Part shown: positions 35,774-49,100 of the stretch, piece by piece
Numbering within the stretch: the first letter of the stretch is position 1
How the letters are laid out: every line of letters begins with the position of its first letter
NCBI GenBank assembly: GCA_002269645.1
Contig: NIVC01000945.1
Coordinates: 62,001 to 126,000 of the forward strand
Origin: Macrostomum lignano
Taxonomy: Eukaryota
Reading direction: 5' to 3'
Length of the DNA: 64,000 bases
Translations under genes and position numbers: made by a program
Notes under the pieces: generated by a model
Told to the model about the DNA's origin: nothing
Seen by the model: the letters and a program-made list of their open reading frames with translations, nothing else
Databases searched by the model: none

Positions 35774-37708
35774 GTCTGCCCATTTAACTGTTTTACTATT
35801 CTGTCTATTCATTCCTCCTCTTAGCTGCCAGAGCTCCATCCGAGACAATCATTGTTGCCAGCATTGACAGCTCGGAGCCGACAGCTCAATGGAACGCCTT
35901 GCAGATCATCAGAGACTATGAGAAGACAAATACGGAAAAGCTAAACGTCAGAATCTCCAATTTATCCCATAATCGGAGGTAGCATTTCTAATGTGCTAAA
36001 ATTTTATTTCACAAATCTGTATGTGTACGTACATGATGATTCATTAATCCTCCCCGCCCCAAACAGACTGTTGGCCTTGCGAATCAACAAGGATTTTGAC
36101 GTTGACAAATTAGACGAAATCTGTCGCGAAATAGAATCTAACATGGAGATTCGGACTGTCAGTTTAATTGTCCGCCAGTCTACTGATAGTAGGATGGTGA
36201 GAAGCACATGAACTTGTCGTAATTTTTGTATCGCCCTAAACGCTATTTCATGTTTAGACACAAGATGTACTTTCGTGTTAGGCACAAGTGTTAAAAACAT
36301 TTTAACTCTTATTTTAGGCTGTTGTTGCTCTTCCGTCAAATGACAAGAAGCAGTATTTGCTGGAGCTTCTTACCTCAAAAGGTTTCAAAGTTGTCTCAGA
36401 GCCGAGAAGCCCAGAGTTGCAGAATGAAGTTAAAGAGCTTAAAGTGATGGAGCGCCAGAATCTTTCCGTTGAGCTGACAGGCAATATTACTAGCGACGAA
36501 GGTCAAGAAGTCACTTTGCGATTTAACAGTAACGAGTGGAACTGCCTCCTGCTCAAGTGAGCAATGATGCTACTGCCAAAAAGGAGTGCAAGATCTTCAT
36601 GATCGCCCCTGGAAGCCTTCGACTCTAGATCGTTTTTGATACAGAACACCAACCCCCCCCCCCCATTTTAGTCTGTCGCCGAAGGACCCCTATCTGCAGA
36701 AATCATTTCCAACTCACCGCGGCTTCGTCCAGGTGTTCAGCGAGCTGCAGCCGAATCGCATCGCAAAGCAGCAGGTGCAACTGGCCAAGCACGATTCCGA
36801 TGGCGGCAAGAAGCCTCCGTGGCGGTCGCCGTTTGTCTACAAGTCTAAGGGTTGGTGGAAGCTCTTGTAACCGACTTTCTTCTAGTGGGTTACGGTCAAC
36901 CAAAAAGGGCGTTGCTAGAACTTTCGGAGTTTATGATTTTTCGGGTTTTTGTGTTGGCAACCTGAAGCTATCCAGATGTACGCTTTCCCACAGTCCGTAA
37001 AAGTTAAGACAGCTCAGCCGCAGCTATTGCGCGGCGCATCTTAAGGCTGCGTACGGCAGTTCAGTCCAAGGACTGGGGAGTCGCCACACACACCCTCAAT
37101 TGTCCCAGCCAATGCTGGCACCCATTTTAGAGCTGATTGAGCTGAAGCAATGCAGAGTTAAGTGTCTTGTTCGAGGACACAAGTTTTTCCAAGTGGGTAT
37201 AGAATCGAACCTCCGACCTTCTAGTCGCGAGTCCGACGCTCTGACCACTAGACTACAATCTCATAAAAGTGGCGAATCACAGAATTGGCTGAATTGTCCC
37301 GTCGAAAACTACCTGATATCAACTTCAAACCTTTTCAGACGCAGTAACTATGGAATATCTGCGCGAATTGGCGATGGATATTCAGGATAACTGGTCCATT
37401 CTGGCCGATCAATTGGGCGTGTCAAAAGAGCGCTGCTCAGCCATCAGGAACGCGTATCCGGAGCAGAGCGACCAAGCGCTTGAGATGCTCATCTCCTGGT
37501 TAAAACAGACAATCGTTTTAGAAAGCAAGGTTAGTCAAATAAAACAAAATAAAGTACACGGTCCTGCTTTCAAAGTACATATGACCTTCTAAAGTTATTG
37601 GAAAACTTCCAGACTGCCAGCCTGATCAAGGCTCTGAAGGCCTGCCGATTTGTTCAATTGGCTAATGAGCTTCGTCAAAGAGAACTACTGTTGCAACAGG
37701 AGTCCTAA
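33024..37708 (+). CDS. Coiled-coil + ER/K helix + ZU5-like + C-terminal death-domain protein (DTHD1/ankyrin C-terminus-like), about 11-12 exons
   Basis: Phase-consistent exons start at about 33024, 33632, 34087, 35030, 35505, 35824, 36066, 36318, 36672, 37339 and 37595. The death domain reads YLRELAMDIQDNWSILADQLGVS...QALEMLISW. Splicing at 36850-37000 is uncertain, and family assignment is from recalled motifs. Confidence 0.7.
37010..37258 (-). mobile_element. tRNA-derived SINE, copy 2 (intronic)
   Basis: Colinear homology with 14169-14418; A/B-box-like motifs retained. Confidence 0.85.
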
Positions 37709-38074
37709 AGGCACTGTGCTGATCTCTAGTGAAGCCTGTTTTAACTTTATCCTTATAGACACGAAAACTTAATGCTGATTTTCCCATTAGCGAAATCTTA
37801 GCTCTCCGTGATTATCGAAATACTAACCAAAATATTGGAGTTAAATATTTTTTATAACCCTGAATTAGCTAGCTATATACTTTCTTGAACATGAGGTTAA
37901 TACGCATAAAATAAATCAGATATACATTGAAAAATCATGTGGCCGATTTACCCGCGTATATTCCCACATCATATCTATGCGGACAGGGAAGTCGCCATGG
38001 ATATTATGGTGAGGGGACAAAGCCAAGAATTCTGCATATAGATGTACATTATTTTCAGAATTGGTGTTTTCAGC

Positions 38075-38225
38075 GCTCATTTTGGTGCCGCAGGCACTCA
38101 TTTTGGCGCCGCAGGCACTCATTTTGGCGCCGCAGGCACTCATTTTGGCGCCGCAGGCACTCATTTTGGCGCCGCAGGCACTCATTTTGGCGCCGCAGGC
38201 ACTCATTTTAGCGCCAAAGGCGCTA
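38075..38225. repeat. 21-bp tandem repeat (cactcattttggcgccgcagg), about 7 copies
   Basis: Direct reading. Confidence 0.92.
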
Positions 38226-39379
38226 TATTTTGTCGCCCGGAAGCAAAATTATTGATTTAATTCCATAACGGGTCACAAGGACATACATGCAAGGTCAACT
38301 CCGAGCTGTATTTAAAACTGTTTTTGCTTTTCGTCCATTTTGTTTAATACAGAAATTCAACTCTAAAAGGCTTATGCCATTTGCTTCTTCTCTCTAAAGC
38401 AATCTTTTCTAAAGTAAATAACGTAGCCCAGTGTACTTGATTCATTCGTTTGGGGCTTATGTCAAATTTAAACAAGCTCTTCAAACGCGTTCAATAAAAA
38501 GTGGTTTTGTCCCATTTCAAAACTGAGTTATCACTTAAGCTACACATGTGAAATACGAGAATGAAAGATGGCAAATGTGTAAACCCTTTGGAATTGGCAC
38601 CCCATCTGGTATTATTAGAATTCAGCTGCTAGCTGCCTGGCCCAGGCTAAGATCAGCGGTAGTAGCTGTAGAGCGAACAATTACCAAGCTAATTTATCAT
38701 TAATAAATGATAACGACGTGTTTACATGTTCGCATGCGAATATGCTGTTCAAGATTAAAAATTGCTTTTATCGGCAATCCATATTATAGAACAGCGTACC
38801 ACACATGTACGCATTAATTTTGCAGAAGGATTCAGCTTGGTTGGAATTAGAAAACTGCGTTGGCACCTTTGAAGTACGGACTACAGTAAAGTGCCTTTTA
38901 GAAACGATGTATTTTTGAGTCATATAGCTTGTACTAAGCTTGATATGCTAGGGCAAGGGCCACTAGAAGTTATCATCGTTGTATCGTTATACATGTACGT
39001 TGATGAAACGATAACTTTTAGTGGTACTTTATGCAGGGGGCTTACTAGCAGTCTGATGGCATTGTCAAATTTGACAACTATATATAACTAAGAAGAACGA
39101 GTTTATTTTATGTGAAAGCAGTGGAAGCCAATTTCGGCATGTTCAGAGTTGGGACTGAGCCATAGACACTGAGTTTACGAATGTAAGAAAGGAACTGATT
39201 AACAGAGTTGACAAAGAATCAAATATGCATCTGTTGGAGGACGGAAATCCGACAGGCATACCACGGCCGACCTTCTTCGTCAAAGATCGGCACCGACCAT
39301 CTCTCCGAATCAGAACACTTCTCTCTGCTCCCAACTCGTGCAATTTTAAGGTGTTTTCGATCGAAAACCACGGACTACT

Positions 39380-40451
39380 CAATCTAGTTGGCCAAAACCT
39401 GCGATCAATTTGGCCAGGGATAGGAAATCCTTCGCTTTCGCGAGTCCGCTCACCCACCTGAGCTGAGCTGAAAGCCATAGACATACATGTAGTGTAAAAA
39501 TACTGCAACCAATTGGCCTAAACTGCGATTATACGGCCAACGCAATTTTATTGTTGTATGTGCACAGAAGAAGAAAGAAGCGACATATTCTTGCTGTCCA
39601 AAGATTGATGCCAAATTCGTCCATGTACAGCAGATGGCTCAGGCTTCCGTAACCAAGCAGCTGCTCCACATGCATTCTCCTTGCCTCCTTCGTAATGTCG
39701 TCGTTCCAGTTCTGTGTCACCTCTCTGAGCAGTTTAATCTTGATAAGTCTGCCATCTAGAGCTCGGCTGATGGTTGTGAGGTTCAAACTTTGAGCAGCAG
39801 GGAATTCTTGCGTGAGGTGACCTTTCATCTGCTCTAGCATTGTTGTTGGAATGTTTCCGAAGAAGGTGCAGATGCAATGTCGACCATGGCTTTTGCTTAG
39901 TGACGAACGCCTGACACCTCCTCGAGGTAGAGTGCCGATGCGGCCAGTTGCTGTGAGAGTCCCAATAATGTTTGCAACTGTTTTCCGTGCGATTCCAAAG
40001 AGCCGGCCGAGAATTTACCAGTCTTTTCCATTTTCAAAGGCGCGCTCACCATAACCTCTAGCGATCCCAGGGTCGAAATTTTTATGTATGGCATGTGCCT
40101 CTCTGAGCCATAGTCTGCGATTTCAGCTATTATAGATGTGATCACAAATTAAAGCCAAATTAAGGTTACTGCTTAGAGAAATAGAGTTCTATACGAAAGA
40201 GAGAGCAGTGCAGTCGGACAAAAACGAAGTTATCCATGGCTCTAAGGACTAAGTTCAACTTGGAAGGCGTCGAATCGCGAATGCGATCGATCTGGGCCAA
40301 CTTGATCGCAGTTTAGGCCAAATTGGTTGCAGCATTTTTACACTATGTCTATGGCTTTCAGCTCAGCTCAGCTGCTGGGTAAGCCGACTCGCGAAAGTGA
40401 AGGATTTTCTATCCCTGGCCGAATTGATCGCAGTTTTGGCCAACTAGATTG
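39380..40451 (-). mobile_element. IS630/Tc1-mariner relic with about 150-bp TIRs and a truncated transposase
   Basis: 39380-39530 is the inverted copy of 40303-40451. The minus strand encodes a disrupted HTH region (LFGIARKTVANII...TLPRGG) and the first catalytic motif LLYMDEFGINLWT. The C-terminal half is missing and no clear TA TSD is seen. Confidence 0.85.
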
Positions 40452-41402
40452 CAAAATTTATATTTTAAATACCAATGATTAGCGATAGAGAGAAATTCCT
40501 GCAGAAAATCCTGCAGAAATGACAACAAATATTTGTATTCGACTAATTTAGTGTTTCTGTCCGGTACTTGCTGGGGAGTGACGCTTGCGTTTAAACAAAA
40601 AATAAAATTTAGGTTTTTTAGGCTCAGTACAAACCTTTAAAAAAGTTTAGAAGAAAATGAAAAAACGTCTTATTAAATAAGCGTATCTTATGCTGCATTT
40701 TTTAACTGTTGTGTTTCATAATTTTATATTATGATTTATTTCAAATCGGAATTGCGCACAATCCACGCACGCACGCCAGTCTCTAGCAGGACAAGCACGC
40801 TATAAAAACTAGGGAAAGGAGTGAGCAAACTTTTAAATGATTTTACATACATGAAATCAGTAGCCACAAGCACATAATGCACGTACGCAAGCAATAGGAG
40901 GTAGTGATGAAATATAGTGCAGGCAGCAAAGCAAAGTAGTCTCCAAAATTAAGATGGTACACTCACTCATACTCATAGACATCAATAATCAATATATCAT
41001 AATTGGAATCATCGTCTTCGCATGATGCAGAAATGTTCCAGAACTCAGAAAACAAAACATTTTGTTTCAAAAGATGAAGCAAAACAAAATGTCTAGTGTA
41101 ACTAATGTTAGGCCTACCTCATGCCATGCTTCTGACCGAAGTTTCAGCTGAGCAAAGCAAAACTTGTGCTTATTTAATCCAAACAAAGCTGATTGAAGTG
41201 ATTTTATTGATCTGGAATTTACTTTTATTTATAATGGCTAATTTTTGCCCGGGGTCAGGCTAAGTCATGAAGGCATTTAGATTGGGCTTAACTTACTTGT
41301 TAAATTGGTTAAAATACTTTCATGTAGGGGGGGCTATTTTATTTGTCAATACCTAAGTCTTTTATATTAGCCCCCCTAGTATTGGTATATTGAAAGAATC
41401 TA

Positions 41403-42171
41403 GTCCATTTTGGCGACAAACCATTTTGGCGATGCCCATTTCAGCAACAGGTCAATTTGGCAACAACCATTTTGCAATAATTCTTAAATTAAATAGGATT
41501 TTGAATATATTTTTATCTCATAGCAAAAAAAATTTAGAACTTATACAAATTTACAACCTTTGATTAAATGTTGTTAAAATAAATTATAGTGTAAAACTTT
41601 ACATTAAACTTTACAAGCTTTTTTAAAACTATGTTAAAATAATTTTTAGTGTAAAACTTAATCAATGCATTGATAGTATAAAACCTCCATTTTGCAAGCT
41701 ACAACATGCTTCATGTTCTTGTGATCTCCAAAGTGCAATAAGCAACTGACTACGCACGCTGCAAGGCTTGCTTTAAATTATAGCACAATGGTAGCATGCA
41801 CTTATATTTTTGCCATTATTCCACTCTGCTACATACACTTGTACTATAGGCCTACCAATCAGATTAGATTTGATTAGACAAGAGAAATGGGGTGGGTGAA
41901 CTGATGGTCACTTGGGCAGAGCATGATGTACATAGAGGGACAGTGAAAGTATCAATCAGATAATATAATAAGGCAAGTCTGAAACTTAGGGATTCAATTC
42001 TAAAACAGTTTTAACAAAATGCCTGCTGGGAGGTCATGTCAGCTGGGGGGTAGTTCACTGTACTATAGATACTTGTAATTTTTCTATCATATTTGTTGCT
42101 GAAATGGTTGTTGCCAAATTGACCTGTCGCCAAAATAGGTGTTGCTGAAATGGTTTGTTGCAAAAATGGAC
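41403..42171. mobile_element. Old MITE with about 75-bp subrepeat-containing TIRs
   Basis: 41403-41478 matches the reverse complement of 42096-42171; many arm differences are G/A at CpG positions. Confidence 0.7.
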
Positions 42172-42907
42172 AGGTACCTATTGAAATACTAGAGTAACAA
42201 AATCTAGTTTTTAAGCTGAGCTTAAGTTAATACAAAGTAATAACAATAAATTTTAAGTAGACCATAGGGTCTAGCTTAGTGAAGTTGAGCTCAATTAGAC
42301 CTAGTTTATTATTGGCTATAAGCCCTAGTCAGGAAGTGTCCTATATGCTAGAATTTTCTAATATGCATTAGCTCTTCATAGTTTATTAGCATACATATTT
42401 GGTATGCTTGAATCTTAGAAAGTTGTATTTAGTATATAAAACGTGGTATAAAAAAGAATTTTGAAAATAGATATAAGTATCTTCTAGTTTCTGTAACAAA
42501 AAGTAAGAAAATTCAAGGAAAAAGATAAGCAATTAAGAGGTGACATAAGTGCAAATGAAAAAATTAATATATTAATTGAATATGATAGTGCTATTTTAAA
42601 GAAATTTAAGTATTAGAACTTTGTGTAATTGCAAGTTTTTAGATAAGAGTATAATAGACACAACATTATTTGTTATTATATATATTGCAATAAACTGTGC
42701 TTTTGATACTATACTATATATTATTTTTATATAGACTGGCATTTCTCTTTGACTTGCAGGCTTTAGACCTTTTCCTTTAGTCTACAGATTGGCTAGACTG
42801 TTTTTTAGAAAGTAGTATTTTCCTAACCCTTGTGCCTAAGTATTTCCTTATTGATAGTAAATAATAAATTTTATTTAAATCTTTGTTTAATTTTTTATGA
42901 ACATTAT

Positions 42908-43220
42908 TGTCTATTAATATACATCCGCAACCTCCAAAATTTCAGTCGGCCGTGCGACTTAGTTTCAACAAAAATGCAACATAGTTTTTGGCCAAAAATG
43001 CAACTTACATGTAAAAAACCCTAAAGCAAAATTAATGCAACTTTGGGTAAACGGCAGGAGTATTTATAGCTGTCTGATTAAGCCAAAATGCCTTGTCAGC
43101 TACTTAGTTTTACTACTTGGGTGTTTTTTCGGGTGGGCATTTTTGCAACTTCCTTGGTTGGCCACCAAATCAATCGGCCGACTCGGCCAACTGTTGCACA
43201 TGTATGTCTATTAATATACA
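42908..43220. mobile_element. About 280-bp insertion with imperfect inverted ends between 16-bp direct repeats
   Basis: TGTCTATTAATATACA at 42908-42923 and 43205-43220; inverted motifs gcaac..agtcggccg near the ends. Confidence 0.5.
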
Positions 43221-44409
43221 ATCCAATAATTATAAGTTTTATCCATTAGAATAGTTATGTTCAATATATATATTTATAGCTAACAATATATACCCATTTT
43301 ACTATAGCTTTTGGTATTATATAATAACTAGGATATAATATTTTTGTATACAATTAGGCACAAATGTTTTTTTATAATTTTATCTTTTAATTTTATAATC
43401 TTTTCTTGAATCTTATTGAGATCTTGGCATATCTTTATTTAGTTTTTAGTATAGCAATACAGTAAGTAAAAAATGTTAATCCTATAAAAAGAATTCTTGG
43501 CTTTACTTATTATTTTAAGTCCTAAATAAAGCAAAGCATTTTTTATAAGATAAACAATAAATTTGTTATAACCAATATTTTTATAAATATATATATATAC
43601 TGTTTAATTCTTCAAGCTATATTTGCAATTTAAATAAAAATAGCTATTTGTAATCTTAAGTATCAATATATTTTCTATATAATAATTTTACTTTGTAAAA
43701 GTGCAAAGAGGTCAATGTAGTCTTGAAATCTTTAGCAGCTATATTTAATAATTCTTTCTTTTTGGGTTTGGAGTAGTTTGTTAACATAGAATAGAGTATG
43801 CAATTTCTGTGGGTCAAAAAGGCTCAACAGTGTTAATGATTTAAAAAACTGACAACAGCTGGCATAGTTATGTTTTTTACATCCTAATTTTTAAAAAATG
43901 ATCTACAGGTATTTTAGTTTTATAACATTTTATAAATTTTACTAATATAATATATTAAATTTTGTTTATTGCAGCTTCCTTACGGGACCTGTCTCCCACA
44001 TTCTGCTGAGCTTCAGTTTGTCAAAGACTGTCCAACTGAAGATTAGCAATTGTCTGCTGTGGATCCTTGAATCCAAAGTCTAGTATATAAAACAGATTGA
44101 TTTTTCAAGGAAAATAGCCCTAGTGCTATACTAGGGTGTCTGTCTTTTCGAGGCAGCCGTCTGTTGTGCGATATCTGCTTGTTCTCCTATCCTCCCTTGT
44201 GCAAGTCAATTTGTTTTTTACCCTTGAATTTGCTCAAAAAGGCATCTCAGTCTTCTAATCTCTGTCTTAGACTCTCCAGTTGGCATTGATTTTGAATTGC
44301 TTACCGAAACCGCGACCGACTCGCATCCTGCAATCGAATTACGGTTTTTGATCAGTGAATATAGTACAAAAGGTGAGAATATGTTTCTGAGTTGTGTTTG
44401 CAGTACTTG

Positions 44410-46040
44410 CACATTTTCAGCAATCAACTCTCACCATTCAGCAATCAACTCTCACCATACATCAATCAACTCTCACCATTCATCAATCAACTCTCACCAT
44501 TCAGCAATCAACTCTCACCATTCAGCAATCAAATCTCACCATTCAGCAATCAACTCTCACCATTCAGCAATCAAATCTCACCATTCATCAATCAACTCTC
44601 ACCATTCAGCAATCAACTCTCACCATTCAGCAATCAAATCTCACCATTCAGCCATCAAATCTCACCATTCAGCAATCAACTCTTACCATTCATCAATCAA
44701 ATCTCACCATTCAGCAATCAACTCTCACCATTCATCAATCAACTCTCACAATTCATCAATCAAATCTCACCATTCAGCAATCAACTCTTACCATTCATCA
44801 ATCAACTCTCACCATTCATCAATCAACTCTCACCATTCAGCAATCAACTCTCACCATTCAGCAATCAAATCTCACCATTCAGCAATCAACTCTCACCATT
44901 CAGCAATCAAATCTCACCATTCATCAATCAACTCTCACCATACATCAATCAACTCTCACCATTCATCAATCAACTCTCACCATTCAGCAATCAAATCTCA
45001 CCATTCATCAATCAACTCTCACCATTCAGCAATCAACTCTCACCATTCAGCAATCAAATCTCACCATTCAGCCATCAAATCTCACCATTCAGCAATCAAC
45101 TCTTACCATTCATCAATCAAATCTCACCATTCAGCAATCAACTCTCACCATTCATCAATCAACTCTCACAATTCATCAATCAAATCTCACCATTCAGCAA
45201 TCAACTCTTACCATTCATCAATCAACTCTCACCATTCATCAATCAACTCTCACCATTCAGCAATCAACTCTCACCATTCAGCAATCAAATCTCACCATTC
45301 ATCAATCAACTCTCACCATACATCAATCAACTCTCACCATTCATCAATCAACTCTCACCATTCAGCAATCAACTCTCACCATTCAGCAATCAAATCTCAC
45401 CATTCAGCCATCAAATCTCACCATTCATCAATCAACTCTCACCATTCAGCAATCAACTCTCACCATACATCAATCAACTCTCACCATTCAGCAATCAACT
45501 CTCACCATTCATCAATCAACTCTCACCATTCAGCAATCAACTCTCACCATACATCAATCAACTCTCACCATCAATCAACTCTCACCATACATCAATCAAC
45601 TCTCACCATTCAGCAATCAACTCTCACCATTCAGCAATCAACTCTCACCATTCAGCAATCAAATCTCACCATTCAGCAATCAACTCTCACCATTCAGCAA
45701 TCAAATCTCACCATTCATCAATCAAATCTCACCATTCAGCAATCAACTCTCACCATTCATCAATCAACTCTCACAATTCATCAATCAACTCTCACCATTC
45801 AGCAATCAACTCTCACCATTCATCAATCAACTCTCACCATTCAGCAATCAAATCTCACCATTCAGCAATCAACTCTCACCATTCAGCAATCAACTCTCAC
45901 CATTCAGCAATCAACTCTCACAATTCAGCAATCAACTCTCACCATTCAGCAATCAACTCTCACCATTCAGCAATCAAATTTCACCATTCAGCAATCAACT
46001 CTCACCATTCAGCAATCAACTCTCACCATTCAGCAAAGAT
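44410..46040. repeat. Minisatellite, 21-bp unit (tcaccattcagcaatcaactc), about 78 copies
   Basis: Tandem copies between donor AG|gtgaga (44372) and acceptor ttgcag (46110), so intronic. Confidence 0.95.
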
Positions 46041-46117
46041 ACAATACGAATTGTCTAAGTTATATTTGGATCAGTCTGTCTTAAACTTGCTAAATACTCA
46101 AACATTGCAGCTCGACA

Positions 46118-49100
46118 ATGAACCAGTCGCACCTGCACCCGCAACTGCAAGGCTACCCAGCCGATGCAGCCTATTATCAGTCGTTTATCGCCAATAGCAG
46201 CCACTTCCCGCATTCTCCTGCTGTTAGCCAGGTAAGTTTCTCGTGTACTTTTATGACTATTTACTTCGTACCTATCTTTTTGTATTACTAGTTTACGAGT
46301 ATTATGGCTGAAATTTCAGTTTTGTCTGTATTAGCGGTCCTTTTTGGTCATCAAACTCCCAGATACTCATCTACTAGGCAACTAGCATCCGGGATCCTCA
46401 GTTGCTGGGCCAGCCTCCCAGATCCTCAGCTGCTGGGCAAGCCTCCCAGATCCACAGTTGCTGGGCCAGCCTCCCAGATCCACAGTTGCTGGTCCAGCCT
46501 CCCAGATCCACAGTTGCTGGGCCAGCCTCCCAGATCCACAGTTGCTGGGCAAGCCTCCCAGATCCACAGTTGCTGGGCCAGCCTCCCAGATCCACAGTTG
46601 CTGGGCCAGCCTCCCAGATCCACAGTTGCTGGTCCAGCCTCCCAGATCCACAGTTGCTGGGCCAGCCTCCCAGATTCACAGTTGCTGGGCAAGCCTCCCA
46701 GATCCACAGTTGCTGGGCCAGCCTCCTAGATCCTTCAGTTGTTGGGCCAGCGTCCGAGATCCTCAGTTGCTGGGCCAGCCTCCCAGATGCTTAGTTGCCG
46801 GTCCTCTAAAATGACATGATTACTATCACAGACTATCACTGTATAATTACTATGTTAGTCACGATAAATAATATTTATCTCATTTAATTCACTAATGCTA
46901 TCAGTTCTGTCATATCAGTTTGCATCTCGTGCTGTGCAACAGTCATATAGGCGCTGTGTTGTGTACACTATTTCCAAGTTATGCATACGTTGGAATGTTA
47001 TTTAATATTCTATTCAAAACTAACACTTCCAGATGTCCTTCGTTAAGGTAGGTTCACCTGAAACAATTAAGATTGAGTGATGAAGATGGCAGGAAGAAAA
47101 GTTTTTCAGCTTGCCCCTCTTCTATCCTGTTTCTCCCAGATTAATTCAGAGCACACAGTATTGTGAACCTAGTTTTCTATCAAGCGTTATAAATGTGCTC
47201 TCTTTACTCGGCTTGCTGACTGCATGACAACACACGCCTACAATGCTTAGAATTTAGAACAATAGAAATACACAAACAAAATCAACACTGAATAATAGCA
47301 GCTAATAGTTAAATTAGTTGAATTGCTTTGCTTTGTTAGCCAATTTTATTCAAATCGGTGCACATCTTTGACAATTTTCGATTAGGAAATCAATATTGTT
47401 CTCTTTGCTTTGCGTCACACGCCGCGCGCAGCTCAAATTTTGGTAGAAGGGGCGGCATGGAGCTTTGATTTCATTGCGTCGAAATGTTTTTTATTTGAAA
47501 CAACTTCTATTTAATAGGACAGTACGTCCAATTCGATTAGGATTTGTTACTATTGACAACTGGGCTGATTGATAGCTGTTGCTATTGACAACTGGGCTGA
47601 TTGGGATTTGTTGCTATTGGCAACTGGGCTGATTGGGATTTGTTGCTATTGGCAACTGGGCTGATTGGGATTTGTTGCTATTGGCAACTGGGCTGATTGG
47701 GATTTGTTGCTATTGACAACTGGGCTGATTGGGATTTGTTACTATTGACAACTGGGCTGATTGATAGCTGTTGCTATTGACAACTGGGCTGATTGGGATT
47801 TGTTGCTATTGGCAACTGGGCTGATTGGGAGCTGTTGCTTTTGACAACTGGGCTGATTGGGAGCTGTTGCTATTGACAGCGGGGCTGATTAGGATTTGTT
47901 GCTATTGACAACTGGGCTGATTGATAGCTGTTGCTATTGACAACTGGGCTGATTGGGATTTGTTGCTATTGACAACTGGGCTGATTGATAGTTGTTGCTA
48001 TTGACAACTGGGCTTATTGGGATTTGTTTCTATTGACAACTGGGCTGATTGGGATTTGTTGCTATTGACAACTGGGCTGATTGGGATTTGTTGCTATTGA
48101 CAACCGGGCTGACTGGGATTTGTTGCTATTGACAACTGGGTTAGGATTTCTTGCTATTGACAACGGGGCTGATTAGGGTCTGCTGCTATTGACAACCGGA
48201 TGACATTGAAATGTATCTGGTAACAGCCAATTCTGACAGCAAGTGTTGATTGTTTCAACTAAAATGCCCTGCAACACTTTTCTTTCCAATGGACAACCAG
48301 GTTGAGCAAAAAAATTATCTGCTTGTTACTTTTTTGCTGCTTTTTTCATCTCTCAATCCCATAAATTCCCAGAACGCAAACAATCCAGTACTTTTCGATA
48401 GCAATTAAATGTTTCTGTAAAAATCCTTATAGATGCCCACAAAGTTTTTTCCCGTTTATTCTTCCCCACAGGTGCCAATCCCATTCAGCAATCTGGTGTA
48501 TCACCCGTATCACCTGCTACCGCCGCCGCATCAGGACATGTCAGCCGCTGCTCTCTCCCAGGAGCAGCAGCAGCAACAGCAGCAGCAGCAACAGCAGCAA
48601 CAGCAGCATCAGCAGATGCTTCTAGGCATGCAAGAGCAGGATCACCAGCACCATTATCAATACTATCAGGCTTATCCGCCTGCAGCCGCTCAGCACCATC
48701 ACCATCCGGGTACAAGCGGAGCTGTACCTGTCAGCTCCCAGTCCGGAGCCGCAGCTTACATGTACGCCACACCGGATATGTACACCACAGCTAGCGGCTA
48801 CCTGCCACAGCATCCGCAGTCAGTGCCTGCCGTCTCATTAAATCATCAGCATCACCTGCATCATCAGCATCATCTGCATCAGCTGCAGCAGCAGCAACAT
48901 CAGCAGCAGCAGGCGCCTGGCAATGGTGCTGCAATTGAACCTGCTTTAATGCTCGATTCTAATGCATCATCCTCAGCCGCTGGAGGTGTGAAACTTGCCA
49001 GCAATGTGCCAATTGTTCCGGCCCCCGCTTCTGCGGCAGCCGTGGCTGAGCAGGCGCAGCAGCAGCAGCAACAACAGCAGCAACAGCAACAGCAGCGTCG

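Noticed and set aside
44297-46197. Three ORFs of 550-600 aa over the 21-bp array
   Set aside because: The unit has no stop in forward frames, and the array lies between a donor and an acceptor, so it is intronic.
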